Virus record (IMG/VR): IMGVR_UViG_3300046170_000391
DNA from: a virus
Strand: one strand, 5' to 3'
Length of the DNA stretch: 64,000 nucleotides
Position 1 is the first letter of the stretch; the number at the start of each line of letters is the position of its first letter. Both the position numbers and the translations under genes were made by a program. Under the pieces are notes generated by a model. That model had not been told where the DNA came from. It was given only the letters and a program-made list of their open reading frames with translations, and made no database searches. This document shows, one piece after another, positions 16,655 through 24,880 of the stretch.

Positions 16655-17912
16655 TAAATTGTCTCAATTTTTTAAGTCGAACTTCAAAATTACTTTGATT
16701 GTGCTCAAAAGTAGGAATACATTTCTCTTCAAGTAAGGTAAATTCTTCATCTGACATTTTGATTAATTTTACACACTCAGCAAATGCTCTCATAATTCTT
16801 TCAAAGTCACTAGTAACGTTATCATAAGCCTCATCGATTAATGGGTGAAAAGATTTGTAACCAAGTTGATGAAACCACTTTAAAGTATCTTTTTGTCCAA
16901 CAACGACAAATATTTTTTCTGATGCTATATTTCTCCAGATTTTTTCTGTGATAAGAGGCCAGTCTATTACATTATTTGAAAAATAAGCCTCAACAACTAA
17001 ATTAAATCGAGTAGTCTCATGTGCTTTTGAAATGGTAATAAAATTGTCAGTTGTATGATTTTTTGCAGTTTTTAAAGCGTCTACTCTAACTTCAGAAAAA
17101 TTAGTATCGTTACTTGTAAGTTTCAACTGGTCATATAGTTCTGGAATAGTATCACCTTGATAATCTAAACTGACTAAACCATGTTTAAGTAAATCATAGC
17201 GATCTAATAAATAAGTTATAAATACGGCTCCAAGATGCTTATCTGTTCTTTTATTAAGAAGTAGATATCTTTTTGAATCATAACCGTCAATGAGGCCTTT
17301 GACGTCAGGATGATCAGGATGTTCATAATCCATTGGAGGTTTAAATCTATAAGATTTATTTTTTTCTTCGTCTCTAAGAACAAAAGTATCATGAACATCA
17401 TACAAGTGTCTAGCACAAAAATGAATTTCTAAGAAACTTGGATGACAATGAAAATTTATATTATCTGCAAATCTTTGATCACTGATGTTGATATGTATTT
17501 TATCATTTGGGAACTGAGTACAGTCTTTTAATGCTTCTACTAATTGAGTAAAATCATAAGAGTTAACAGGCTCCATAGTAGCATCAATAACTATTCTACC
17601 TTTACCCGCACGTAATGATTCAGTGACTCGTGGATCTATAAGAGACCAGAAACCAAAGTCGTCATGATGATTAGCAATTAAAGATCTTATTTGAACGTAA
17701 GGCTCTTGCATTAAAACAGGATATATAAAAGAGTCTACTTTATCTATCTCGTGAGGAGAAATAATATTAAGATCATCGATAAATATTTGAAACATCCAAG
17801 GTATTTGACGGCCATAATCTAAACAATTATGAATATCGTTATCAAAATAGCCGGTTGATTGAGGAAACCAGACATTGGTTTTCCAAGCATGATCATACAC
17901 GAGATTTATCAT
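16644..17912 (-). CDS. Hypothetical protein, glycosyltransferase-like C-terminus
   Basis: FNLVVE..ITEKIWRNI..FVVVG..LGYKSF..IDEAYD pattern. Confidence 0.5.
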   Translation of the reverse strand: MINLVYDHAWKTNVWFPQSTGYFDNDIHNCLDYGRQIPWMFQIFIDDLNIISPHEIDKVDSFIYPVLMQEPYVQIRSLIANHHDDFGFWSLIDPRVTESLRAGKGRIVIDATMEPVNSYDFTQLVEALKDCTQFPNDKIHINISDQRFADNINFHCHPSFLEIHFCARHLYDVHDTFVLRDEEKNKSYRFKPPMDYEHPDHPDVKGLIDGYDSKRYLLLNKRTDKHLGAVFITYLLDRYDLLKHGLVSLDYQGDTIPELYDQLKLTSNDTNFSEVRVDALKTAKNHTTDNFITISKAHETTRFNLVVEAYFSNNVIDWPLITEKIWRNIASEKIFVVVGQKDTLKWFHQLGYKSFHPLIDEAYDNVTSDFERIMRAFAECVKLIKMSDEEFTLLEEKCIPTFEHNQSNFEVRLKKLRQFIDD

Positions 17913-18262
17913 TAAACTATTCTAAAGGTCTCTCTAACCTTTTCTGGACGTTTACGGATCATTTTACGTTTTTGAAGATCAGACATAACTTCATTAAATA
18001 AAGACATGCTCTCTTTACTAGTATCTGTATACTGATCAAGAGAAGTTTGTTGAATAACTAATTTTTGATGTAGCATATTGAGTGCAGTAACTAGATTAGC
18101 CGAGCCTATGACTCGGGAGCCTTCAAAGTCTCCTTCAGTGCGAGATCGCACAAGTTCCCAAGTATCATTTTCCCAGATCTCTCCAGAGTCGTCATCAAAC
18201 ACTTCTATAGGCATACCTTGAAGTATTTTCCATACAATACTTTTAGCGTCAACTAACTGCAT
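17912..18262 (-). CDS. Hypothetical protein
   Basis: Likely start MQLVDAK 7 nt after GGGAG. Confidence 0.55.
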   Translation of the reverse strand: MQLVDAKSIVWKILQGMPIEVFDDDSGEIWENDTWELVRSRTEGDFEGSRVIGSANLVTALNMLHQKLVIQQTSLDQYTDTSKESMSLFNEVMSDLQKRKMIRKRPEKVRETFRIV

Positions 18263-18311
18263 CGGCTTGCTCCCTACGGTCGCAGATTGAAGGCACACGC
18301 GTTGCGTAAAC

Positions 18312-18683
18312 CTAAGCGGCGACCCAATCATCGCGGTGCGGGTGTTGATAGAACCAGGCTAAAGCAACTCCTACATCACGGCAGACACTCTTCGAGCGTA
18401 AAGCTAAAACAAACTCACGTTTGAAGTTGAGCCACGGGTTACGACAGTTGTCAACAGGCTTCAACACAGCTATATCACGCTGGCTCCAGTGCTGACAGCG
18501 ACTTGCATATGCTGCCTCAGCGTTAAGTGAGCGCGTTGACTCGTCGAGTCTCTTTTCTAACAGTTGGAACAGCTCTTGAAAAGCTTCGCTTTTCTCGCTA
18601 TCACTCAGCTCTGAGATGCTAATGCGACGTGCGTTTCTAACTAAATCACGATATGCGTTCTTCGACACAAGCTTAAAATACAT
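18312..18683 (-). CDS. Hypothetical (probably early) protein ending in VAA
   Basis: AAAGGT RBS and own upstream promoter; visibly higher GC. Confidence 0.6.
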   Translation of the reverse strand: MYFKLVSKNAYRDLVRNARRISISELSDSEKSEAFQELFQLLEKRLDESTRSLNAEAAYASRCQHWSQRDIAVLKPVDNCRNPWLNFKREFVLALRSKSVCRDVGVALAWFYQHPHRDDWVAA

Positions 18684-18697
18684 TTTTTATACCTTTA

Positions 18698-18726
18698 TTA
18701 ATAGCATGGTTTATGGGTAAGTGCAA
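18698..18726 (-). promoter_or_regulatory. Promoter TTGCAC-N17-TATTAA
   Basis: Read on the minus strand upstream of 18683. Confidence 0.5.
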
Positions 18727-18745
18727 TCTAAAATTATTAAGATGT

Positions 18746-19060
18746 TTACTCGTCATATAATGGTTCTAACATCTTTGGCGGCATTGGAAATTTTCCCTTT
18801 GCCCAAAACTCTTTCTGGGAATAGAAGCGGGTCTTTGTAATTGACCGCCAATAAGCATTAATACGATGTACTGCACTGTTATAATCCTCATGAAAAGGTG
18901 CATCACGGATATCTAAGCGATTATAAGCTTGTTCCATCCACTCATGAGCTGTCCACGGCGACCAACGAGCAATATTTTCAGCTTCTCGTATAGTACGTCT
19001 TACACTCCAATCTACATAGCCTACGTCAGTTCCAAAAGGTACGGGTTTAGCGCGTGCCAT
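18746..19060 (-). CDS. Hypothetical protein
   Basis: ORF overlapping the upstream gene; GGAG upstream. Confidence 0.55.
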   Translation of the reverse strand: MARAKPVPFGTDVGYVDWSVRRTIREAENIARWSPWTAHEWMEQAYNRLDIRDAPFHEDYNSAVHRINAYWRSITKTRFYSQKEFWAKGKFPMPPKMLEPLYDE

Positions 19061-19238
19061 ATTTTACAGTCTCCATTACGTTATTTAAATGGTTATAGTG
19101 ATCAACAATGTCCACAATAAAACGAGCTGCAAAGAACTCGCCATGAGTATTTAGTAGGTCTCCATACTCCGTCATAATATGAGGTGCGTGTTGATTGAGA
19201 AAATTTTTAGCTTCGGGTAGGGTCGGTCTTTTATGCAT
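19047..19238 (-). CDS. Hypothetical protein
   Basis: Likely start MHKRPTL after AAAGGA; promoter upstream. Confidence 0.55.
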   Translation of the reverse strand: MHKRPTLPEAKNFLNQHAPHIMTEYGDLLNTHGEFFAARFIVDIVDHYNHLNNVMETVKYGTR

Positions 19239-19267
19239 AATGGTCCTTTGTTTAATTGTTATAAGTA

Positions 19268-19296
19268 ATAATATATAAAAATTTAGCAAATAGCAA
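19268..19296 (-). promoter_or_regulatory. Leftward promoter TTGCTA-N17-TATTAT at the transcription divergence point
   Basis: Read directly. Confidence 0.6.
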
Positions 19297-19326
19297 GGCA
19301 AAGATTAGGTTAAAATGTGAAAGTTG

Positions 19327-19355
19327 TTGACTTGTCATATAATTATTGATACAGT
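19327..19355 (+). promoter_or_regulatory. Rightward promoter TTGACT-N17-TACAGT, probably giving a leaderless mRNA
   Basis: ATG at 19362 starts 7 nt after the -10 hexamer; no SD sequence. Confidence 0.55.
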
Positions 19356-19361
19356 ATTGCT

Positions 19362-19550
19362 ATGTATGTAAATGAAAAAACACTCAAGACAGAAATAAGA
19401 GAAATGCAATCTACAGTGAACGAGGTTGCAAATGATCTAGGAGGAGATATTCGATATCTTCATCAAGAAATTACAGATCTTCGTAATGAGATAATTATGT
19501 TGCGTACAGATTTTGAAGAATTAAAGGAAAAAGTAAATGCCAAATTATAA
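19362..19550 (+). CDS. Small coiled-coil hypothetical protein
   Basis: ORF track; heptad pattern. Confidence 0.55.
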   Translation: MYVNEKTLKTEIREMQSTVNEVANDLGGDIRYLHQEITDLRNEIIMLRTDFEELKEKVNAKL

Positions 19551-19812
19551 AGTAGTACTATTTGCTAATATTGGGCAAACTACTGAAGTTCAATATTTAA
19601 ATAATCAACGTCTTGAATTGTTAGATGCTTTTCCTACAATTACTGTGGATATAAGCAACTCATCTGATACCCGCTTACTGAAATTTGCTAAAAAAGGTGT
19701 GCGTTGCCCCTGTGCTATCATATTTAAAGACGGAGCTAAAGTTACGTCTAAACACGGAAAGCTCAATAATCAAGAAGCGATTAATTGGGTAAGAACTATA
19801 ATCAGTAGCTAA
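19537..19812 (+). CDS. Thioredoxin-fold-like protein lacking CxxC
   Basis: GVRCPCAIIFKDG..KHGKL resembles the Trx cis-Pro region. Confidence 0.45.
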   Translation: MPNYKVVLFANIGQTTEVQYLNNQRLELLDAFPTITVDISNSSDTRLLKFAKKGVRCPCAIIFKDGAKVTSKHGKLNNQEAINWVRTIISS

Positions 19813-19813
19813 A

Positions 19814-20866
19814 GTGCCTTTATCAATCCCCAGTATTCCCCATAAATCAAGAATGAAGGCTCATAAACTTCAATACTTAAGAGCCATATCTGATTCTATG
19901 GATTATCCTTTTCAATCTGAAGATGGAAGAGATCCTTCTGCCTCACATCAAGAATTAACAGAAACTTGTGTTGAATATACTGACATACCTTACTGGCAGT
20001 TTACAAACTGTTGTACTGACTCACTACAAATCGCTTTTTCAATGTTGTGCAAAGTAGGAGATACAGTCATCGTACCTGCTTATGGTTGGAGAGCGGTAAC
20101 AAATGCTCCACAGTTTGTAGGTTTAAATGTTATATATTGTGATATTGATGAGACAGGTAACGTTAGTATTTCAGAGTTGCATCGTCTAATATATGAAAAT
20201 CAACCTGCTGCAATACTAATAATTCACAATTTCGGCACGGTAGTAGACGTATCAGAATTAACAGGTATTTGTGAAAAGTACGGTGTTAAAATTATTGAAG
20301 ACGCTGCCCAAGCATTTGTAATGAAAGAACCCTATGACTATAAAATTGGTTCTTGCGCTGACATAGTATGTTTTTCTTTTGATTTTACTAAATCTCCTGG
20401 TACCTTAGGTGCTGGAGGGGCAATAGCTACTTATAATCCAGATCATTTTACAAAAATTAAATCAATTTGTTCTCATATCACTAATGAGTTGGGAATTGGG
20501 ACAAAATCGTATTTAGATACTACTGCAGCAGCAGTGCTCAATTGTGATATAAAACTTATAGAGCAAATGCAGTATAGACAGCGTAGAGTCGAAGTTGCTA
20601 CTTACTATATAAACAAACTTCCTTATGAAACTCTGAGCGGAAAAAATTATATCTTTCATCGTTTTATAATTTTACCTGATAAAAGTGAAAAACAAGATCT
20701 AATTAACAAACTAAAGTCACAAAAAATTCTAGCTAAACCTGTATATAAACCTAATACAGATGCTTGTACTTATGCAAATAGATTCTACGAGAGTGCAATT
20801 GAGCTCCCTTGTCATCAGTTTATTGATGTAAATGACTTAAATTCAAGAATTGAAAAAATATTATGA
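19814..20866 (+). CDS. DegT-family aminotransferase
   Basis: GDTVIVPAY, IIEDAAQA, FSFDFTKSPGTLGAGGA, IELPCH. Confidence 0.9.
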   Translation: MPLSIPSIPHKSRMKAHKLQYLRAISDSMDYPFQSEDGRDPSASHQELTETCVEYTDIPYWQFTNCCTDSLQIAFSMLCKVGDTVIVPAYGWRAVTNAPQFVGLNVIYCDIDETGNVSISELHRLIYENQPAAILIIHNFGTVVDVSELTGICEKYGVKIIEDAAQAFVMKEPYDYKIGSCADIVCFSFDFTKSPGTLGAGGAIATYNPDHFTKIKSICSHITNELGIGTKSYLDTTAAAVLNCDIKLIEQMQYRQRRVEVATYYINKLPYETLSGKNYIFHRFIILPDKSEKQDLINKLKSQKILAKPVYKPNTDACTYANRFYESAIELPCHQFIDVNDLNSRIEKIL

Positions 20867-21795
20867 AGATACTAATAACAGGCGGAATGGGTTTTATTGG
20901 AGCACACTTAGTAGCAGAATTAGGACGCACTCATGACATAGATATTTTAGACGGTTTTGATGAAAACTACGTAGGCTACAAATATATACATAGAGGGACA
21001 AAAGGTTTACAAGAAACTAATGAGATTGAAAAACGTCATAGAAAACTAAATCTAAAGTATAGACTTGATTTAGTAAAAGGTAAATTCAATCAATACTATA
21101 GAAAATGGAGTTTTGAAGATATTCCAAGAGCAAATTATGATTTAGTACTTAACTTTGGGGCTTTATCAGAAGCTATCTTATCTCAACATTTTCCAAAATT
21201 TACTTCAGATTCTATAGTGCAAGGATTAAATCTAATTAAATTGTACCTTCCTAAGACACCTGTCTTACATATAAGTAGTAGCATGGTTTACGGCACTTGG
21301 GAAGGAGTAATTGACGAGCAGTACTCTTTAGGAGCTGTGGACCATTACGGGGACAGTAAAATAAAGGCAGAAACTATCTGCGGAGAGAATGACGTAATTT
21401 TGCGACCCATACATGTTTATGGTATGGGAGATGGTAAATTCTCAATCTGGATGAATATAGAAAGACAGATTGCAGCTGCAAAACCTGTTATGGTTGAGAG
21501 GGCAGGATGTATATACATAGACGATTTCGTTTTAGCAATCAAAAATATTTTAGACAGATGGCGTCCTGGCATTTATAATATTTCATACACATTCACTAGA
21601 AATGCTGAAGCATTAACTAATACTTATCCAGAAACTTTTGACGTTCAATATAAGTCAGGACCCACGGGTAAACCTAGAGGGCTGCTAGATAATAGCAAAC
21701 TAATAAATACATTTAATGTGAACTTTAAGTTTACAAATTATATAGATACTGTGAGAGACTATTATAGAACATATGAAAATTTTTGTAAGAAATAA
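20863..21795 (+). CDS. NAD-dependent epimerase/dehydratase (extended SDR)
   Basis: ITGGMGFIG, ISSSMVYG, YGDSK. Confidence 0.85.
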   Translation: MKILITGGMGFIGAHLVAELGRTHDIDILDGFDENYVGYKYIHRGTKGLQETNEIEKRHRKLNLKYRLDLVKGKFNQYYRKWSFEDIPRANYDLVLNFGALSEAILSQHFPKFTSDSIVQGLNLIKLYLPKTPVLHISSSMVYGTWEGVIDEQYSLGAVDHYGDSKIKAETICGENDVILRPIHVYGMGDGKFSIWMNIERQIAAAKPVMVERAGCIYIDDFVLAIKNILDRWRPGIYNISYTFTRNAEALTNTYPETFDVQYKSGPTGKPRGLLDNSKLINTFNVNFKFTNYIDTVRDYYRTYENFCKK

Positions 21796-22102
21796 TGATG
21801 TTGGAAAAGCACTTCGCATCTTAAAGAAAAAATTACACAATGAAGGTGTAATGAAAGAAGTAAGAGATAGACGTCATTTTATTTCAAAAGGCGAGCAAGA
21901 TCGTTTAGCTAAAAAAGCAGGGGTTAAACGTTGGCATAAAAAACGAGAAGAATTAGAGAAACAATTTATTCGTGAAGAACGAAATATGCTACGTAACAGC
22001 AGGAAAAATAAAAGAAATGTTCAAAGATCTAACAAAAGTTCAAATCAACAGCGAACGCAACGCTACTCTAGCGATAAGAATAAACGATCATCACGTTCAT
22101 AA
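21773..22102 (+). CDS. rpsU: Ribosomal protein bS21 with basic C-terminal extension
   Basis: VRNNDVGKALRILKKKLHNEGVMKEVRDRRHFISKGEQDRLAKKAGVKRW matches the bS21 pattern. Confidence 0.85.
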   Translation: MKIFVRNNDVGKALRILKKKLHNEGVMKEVRDRRHFISKGEQDRLAKKAGVKRWHKKREELEKQFIREERNMLRNSRKNKRNVQRSNKSSNQQRTQRYSSDKNKRSSRS

Positions 22103-22325
22103 TCTTGTGCTAAGTTTAGACAATTTTGCTTTCATTCTAAATAAGAATGTCAATTCATGGAAAGGTTTAATTCATAATAAAACATGGGAGTTCAGAAAAC
22201 TTTCTGATCGTGTTAAATTATATGATCAAAGCTATGAATATCATTACCGTTTCTCCCTTGAAGAATGGGAAACTATAAGACAACAATTTGCAGCAGCTTT
22301 ACTTGAAAGTAATCTTGCTAAGTAG
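22017..22325 (+). CDS. Hypothetical protein
   Basis: Likely start MFKDLTK; overlaps the bS21 tail by 86 nt. Confidence 0.5.
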   Translation: MFKDLTKVQINSERNATLAIRINDHHVHNLVLSLDNFAFILNKNVNSWKGLIHNKTWEFRKLSDRVKLYDQSYEYHYRFSLEEWETIRQQFAAALLESNLAK

Positions 22326-22344
22326 TTATTTACTTTTCTATAAT
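22315..22344 (+). promoter_or_regulatory. Promoter TTGCTA-N18-TATAAT
   Basis: Read directly upstream of 22368. Confidence 0.6.
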
Positions 22345-22367
22345 ACCTTATAAATATGGAGGTTTAT

Positions 22368-22616
22368 ATGAAAGCATACAAAGGTACGTTTAAAAAGAAA
22401 AATGGTGAATCACGTGATATGGTTTTTGCTAGACTATATGATTTACCGCAAAAGTTTCTTGACGAAAAAGTACAAGGAGCAGGTTCTGAGCAAAAATATC
22501 CAGAAGGTATGGAACTCGTTTGGGATCTAGAAGCAGATAACTTTAGAATTTTTAATTGGAAATCTGTAGATAACGACCCGAAAGAATTTGATATTGACGA
22601 AACTCTTTTTAGATAA
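22368..22616 (+). CDS. SH3/Sm-like beta-barrel phage protein (WYL_2/DUF2693-like)
   Basis: GTFKKKNGESRDM...VWDLEADNFRIFNW; GGAGG RBS. Confidence 0.6.
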   Translation: MKAYKGTFKKKNGESRDMVFARLYDLPQKFLDEKVQGAGSEQKYPEGMELVWDLEADNFRIFNWKSVDNDPKEFDIDETLFR

Positions 22617-22686
22617 TGAACCTTTTATTCTTGTAGAAACAGAAATTGTAAATTTTAAAGAGCTTAAAGCAGGTAATATTAACTTA

Positions 22687-22905
22687 ATGTACTACATTAT
22701 TGAAATACATAATACAGAAAATGATGAAATAGGAGTAGTGACAGAAGAGATAGATGGTGAACAGATTATCAAAAAATTTGATACCTGGTCTAAGGCAAAG
22801 GCTATGTCTGGAACACTAAATAGAGATACCCCTGAAAATCTCTCTACTCACATAGTAACCATTAATGAAACTGCTACAAAAGATAAAGAAGTGGATAACG
22901 ATTGA
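22687..22905 (+). CDS. Hypothetical protein
   Basis: Likely start MYYIIE. Confidence 0.45.
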   Translation: MYYIIEIHNTENDEIGVVTEEIDGEQIIKKFDTWSKAKAMSGTLNRDTPENLSTHIVTINETATKDKEVDND

Positions 22906-23239
22906 CCATTGTGTTGATCTTGTCGTTGATATATTGTTAATTGTATGGGAAGTTATCAGTAGTCCAATACTTATAGCTATGCGTCTTATAAGGCACTTTG
23001 TAGGTGAGTGGATAACAGATAAAATTAAAGCAGGAGTGCGTAAAATAGCACACTGGTTTGAGCATAAAAGAGAGTATAGATTAAAAAACGGATATGGAAT
23101 ATTTCGTACATATTGGTGGTTAATTATTTCAAGTCCTATAATTATATTTATCAGTATTTTTATTGTAGCTATACTGTCAGGATTACACGAAGGTTTAAAT
23201 ATAGCTTTCGAAGAAATTAGTGCTTCGTTTGAGGAGTAG
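22865..23239 (+). CDS. Hypothetical membrane protein
   Basis: Two hydrophobic segments; 3' end overlaps the tmRNA acceptor piece. Confidence 0.55.
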   Translation: MKLLQKIKKWITIDHCVDLVVDILLIVWEVISSPILIAMRLIRHFVGEWITDKIKAGVRKIAHWFEHKREYRLKNGYGIFRTYWWLIISSPIIIFISIFIVAILSGLHEGLNIAFEEISASFEE

Positions 23240-23716
23240 TATAATAGACGGACTGGACTCGGGGGCAGTACCCGACGGCTCCACCATAAACACAGGAATA
23301 ACACATGAAAGAATATATGTTAATAATCAGCATGTGGGGAAGTGATGGAAGCACAGAGCATTACATTGGTCAGATGGTTTTACAACAACCAATGAGTAAA
23401 TCTCAGTGTGAGTGGATGATTGAGGATGAACAGTGGGGTGCAAGTTTTGATAATGAGTATTACTTCTTTGCTAGACACTGTATGCCGAAAGATTGTGCTG
23501 GAAAAGATTCCTGTGACTAAACACTATTGGTGTGTTTATGATGGGGCCGAAATAGGATCGACAGACGTAATAAAAACAATGCCGAGAAGCAGGTGCGCAA
23601 GCGACCTCAACCGCAAGAAAACAAACAATTGCAAATGATAATTTCGCAATCGAGGACTACCGCATAGCGGCATAGTCTCACGGGGTATGGCTCCACCTAG
23701 CAACAGAACGGGCCTT
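23221..23716 (+). ncRNA. ssrA: Circularly permuted two-piece tmRNA (alphaproteobacterial type); outer ends approximate
   Basis: Acceptor piece ends ...TCGGGGGCAGTACCCGACGGCTCCACCA (23286); coding piece starts GGGGCCGAAATAGGATCGAC (23543); acceptor stem has G3.U70; tag 23631-23675 = ANDNFAIEDYRIAA*. Confidence 0.92.
23305..23520 (+). CDS. 71-aa hypothetical protein encoded inside the tmRNA intervening segment
   Basis: CAGGA RBS, ATG..TAA entirely within IVS 23287-23542; 4 Cys. Confidence 0.65.
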   Translation: MKEYMLIISMWGSDGSTEHYIGQMVLQQPMSKSQCEWMIEDEQWGASFDNEYYFFARHCMPKDCAGKDSCD

Positions 23717-23737
23717 TACAACTCTTATGAGGATTAA

Positions 23738-24880
23738 ATGTTTAATTTTAATACAACTCCACGTTTAGTAATCGGCGCAAATAGATTACAGTTCTTAGGC
23801 ACACTTCTTTCCGACCTTGGAATCAAAAACCCTTTAATAGTGACAGGTCCTAATCTTGCAAAATCTAAAATCATAACTGAGACACAAAAATGGTCTTGGA
23901 CTGATAATGTATTCTGTGATTTAGTACAGGATCCAACGACTCAGAATGTGTTAGACTGTGTTGAATATGGAATAAGTAAAGACGTAGATGGAGTTATTGG
24001 TATCGGGGGTGGATCATCTCTTGATGTAGCAAAAGTTGCTTCTGTGTTATTAAAACAGGAAACATCTTTAGAAAACATTTGGGGTGTAGACAATGTTTAT
24101 AGTTCAAGACTACCTTTAATTCTTATACCTACCACCTCGGGGTCAGGATCAGAAGTTACCCCAGTTTCAATTATTACAACAGGTGAGACAACAAAAATGG
24201 GAATTGTTTCTCACAGAATCATTCCAGATGCAGCAATTCTTGACCCTCTTCTTACAGTTTCTTGTAACCCTCAACTAACTGCATATAGCGCAATAGATGC
24301 GATGGTTCATGCTATCGAATCATACACTTCTATAAATCCCAATAACAATCCTTACTCAAAAATGCTTGCACTTGAAGCTTGTCGCTGGTTAGGTAAATCA
24401 ACAAAAACTGCCATCTTAGAGCCAAGTAATATCGAAGCAAGAGCTAATGTACAATATGGATCTATGTTGGCCGGGCAGGCATTTGGTAATTCGCCAGTAG
24501 CAGCAGTTCATGCATTAGCCTACCCACTAGGTGGGTACTTTAAACTGCCACATGGTTTAACAAATACTTTGGTTCTTCCTGGTGTTTTAGAGTATAATCA
24601 AGAAAATACAGACTATTCAACTCTTGCTACTGCTTTATTTCCTCATGATGAAGGAGAAATATACTACTATAAAGGTGATGTTGTTGAAGTAATGTGCAGA
24701 AATATCAAAGAATTAGCAGAGTTAGCAGGAATCGAAACTCGAATGAGTGATTATGGAATCAGTGCAGAGCATATTCCAATGTTAGCAGAAGAGGCAATGA
24801 AACAATCTAGGCTCTTGGTAAATAATCCGAGAGAAATTACAGAAGAAGTTGCAAAAGAAATTTACTGGGAAGTTCTATAA
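23738..24880 (+). CDS. Iron-containing alcohol dehydrogenase
   Basis: GIGGGSSLDVAK, IPTTSGSGSEVT, DAMVHAIESY, VHALAYPLGG..LPHG. Confidence 0.92.
   Translation: MFNFNTTPRLVIGANRLQFLGTLLSDLGIKNPLIVTGPNLAKSKIITETQKWSWTDNVFCDLVQDPTTQNVLDCVEYGISKDVDGVIGIGGGSSLDVAKVASVLLKQETSLENIWGVDNVYSSRLPLILIPTTSGSGSEVTPVSIITTGETTKMGIVSHRIIPDAAILDPLLTVSCNPQLTAYSAIDAMVHAIESYTSINPNNNPYSKMLALEACRWLGKSTKTAILEPSNIEARANVQYGSMLAGQAFGNSPVAAVHALAYPLGGYFKLPHGLTNTLVLPGVLEYNQENTDYSTLATALFPHDEGEIYYYKGDVVEVMCRNIKELAELAGIETRMSDYGISAEHIPMLAEEAMKQSRLLVNNPREITEEVAKEIYWEVL

Noticed and set aside
22816-23638. ORFs 22816..23304 (-) and 23420..23638 (+)
   Set aside because: They are shadows overlapping real genes and tmRNA structural elements, with no RBS or motif.
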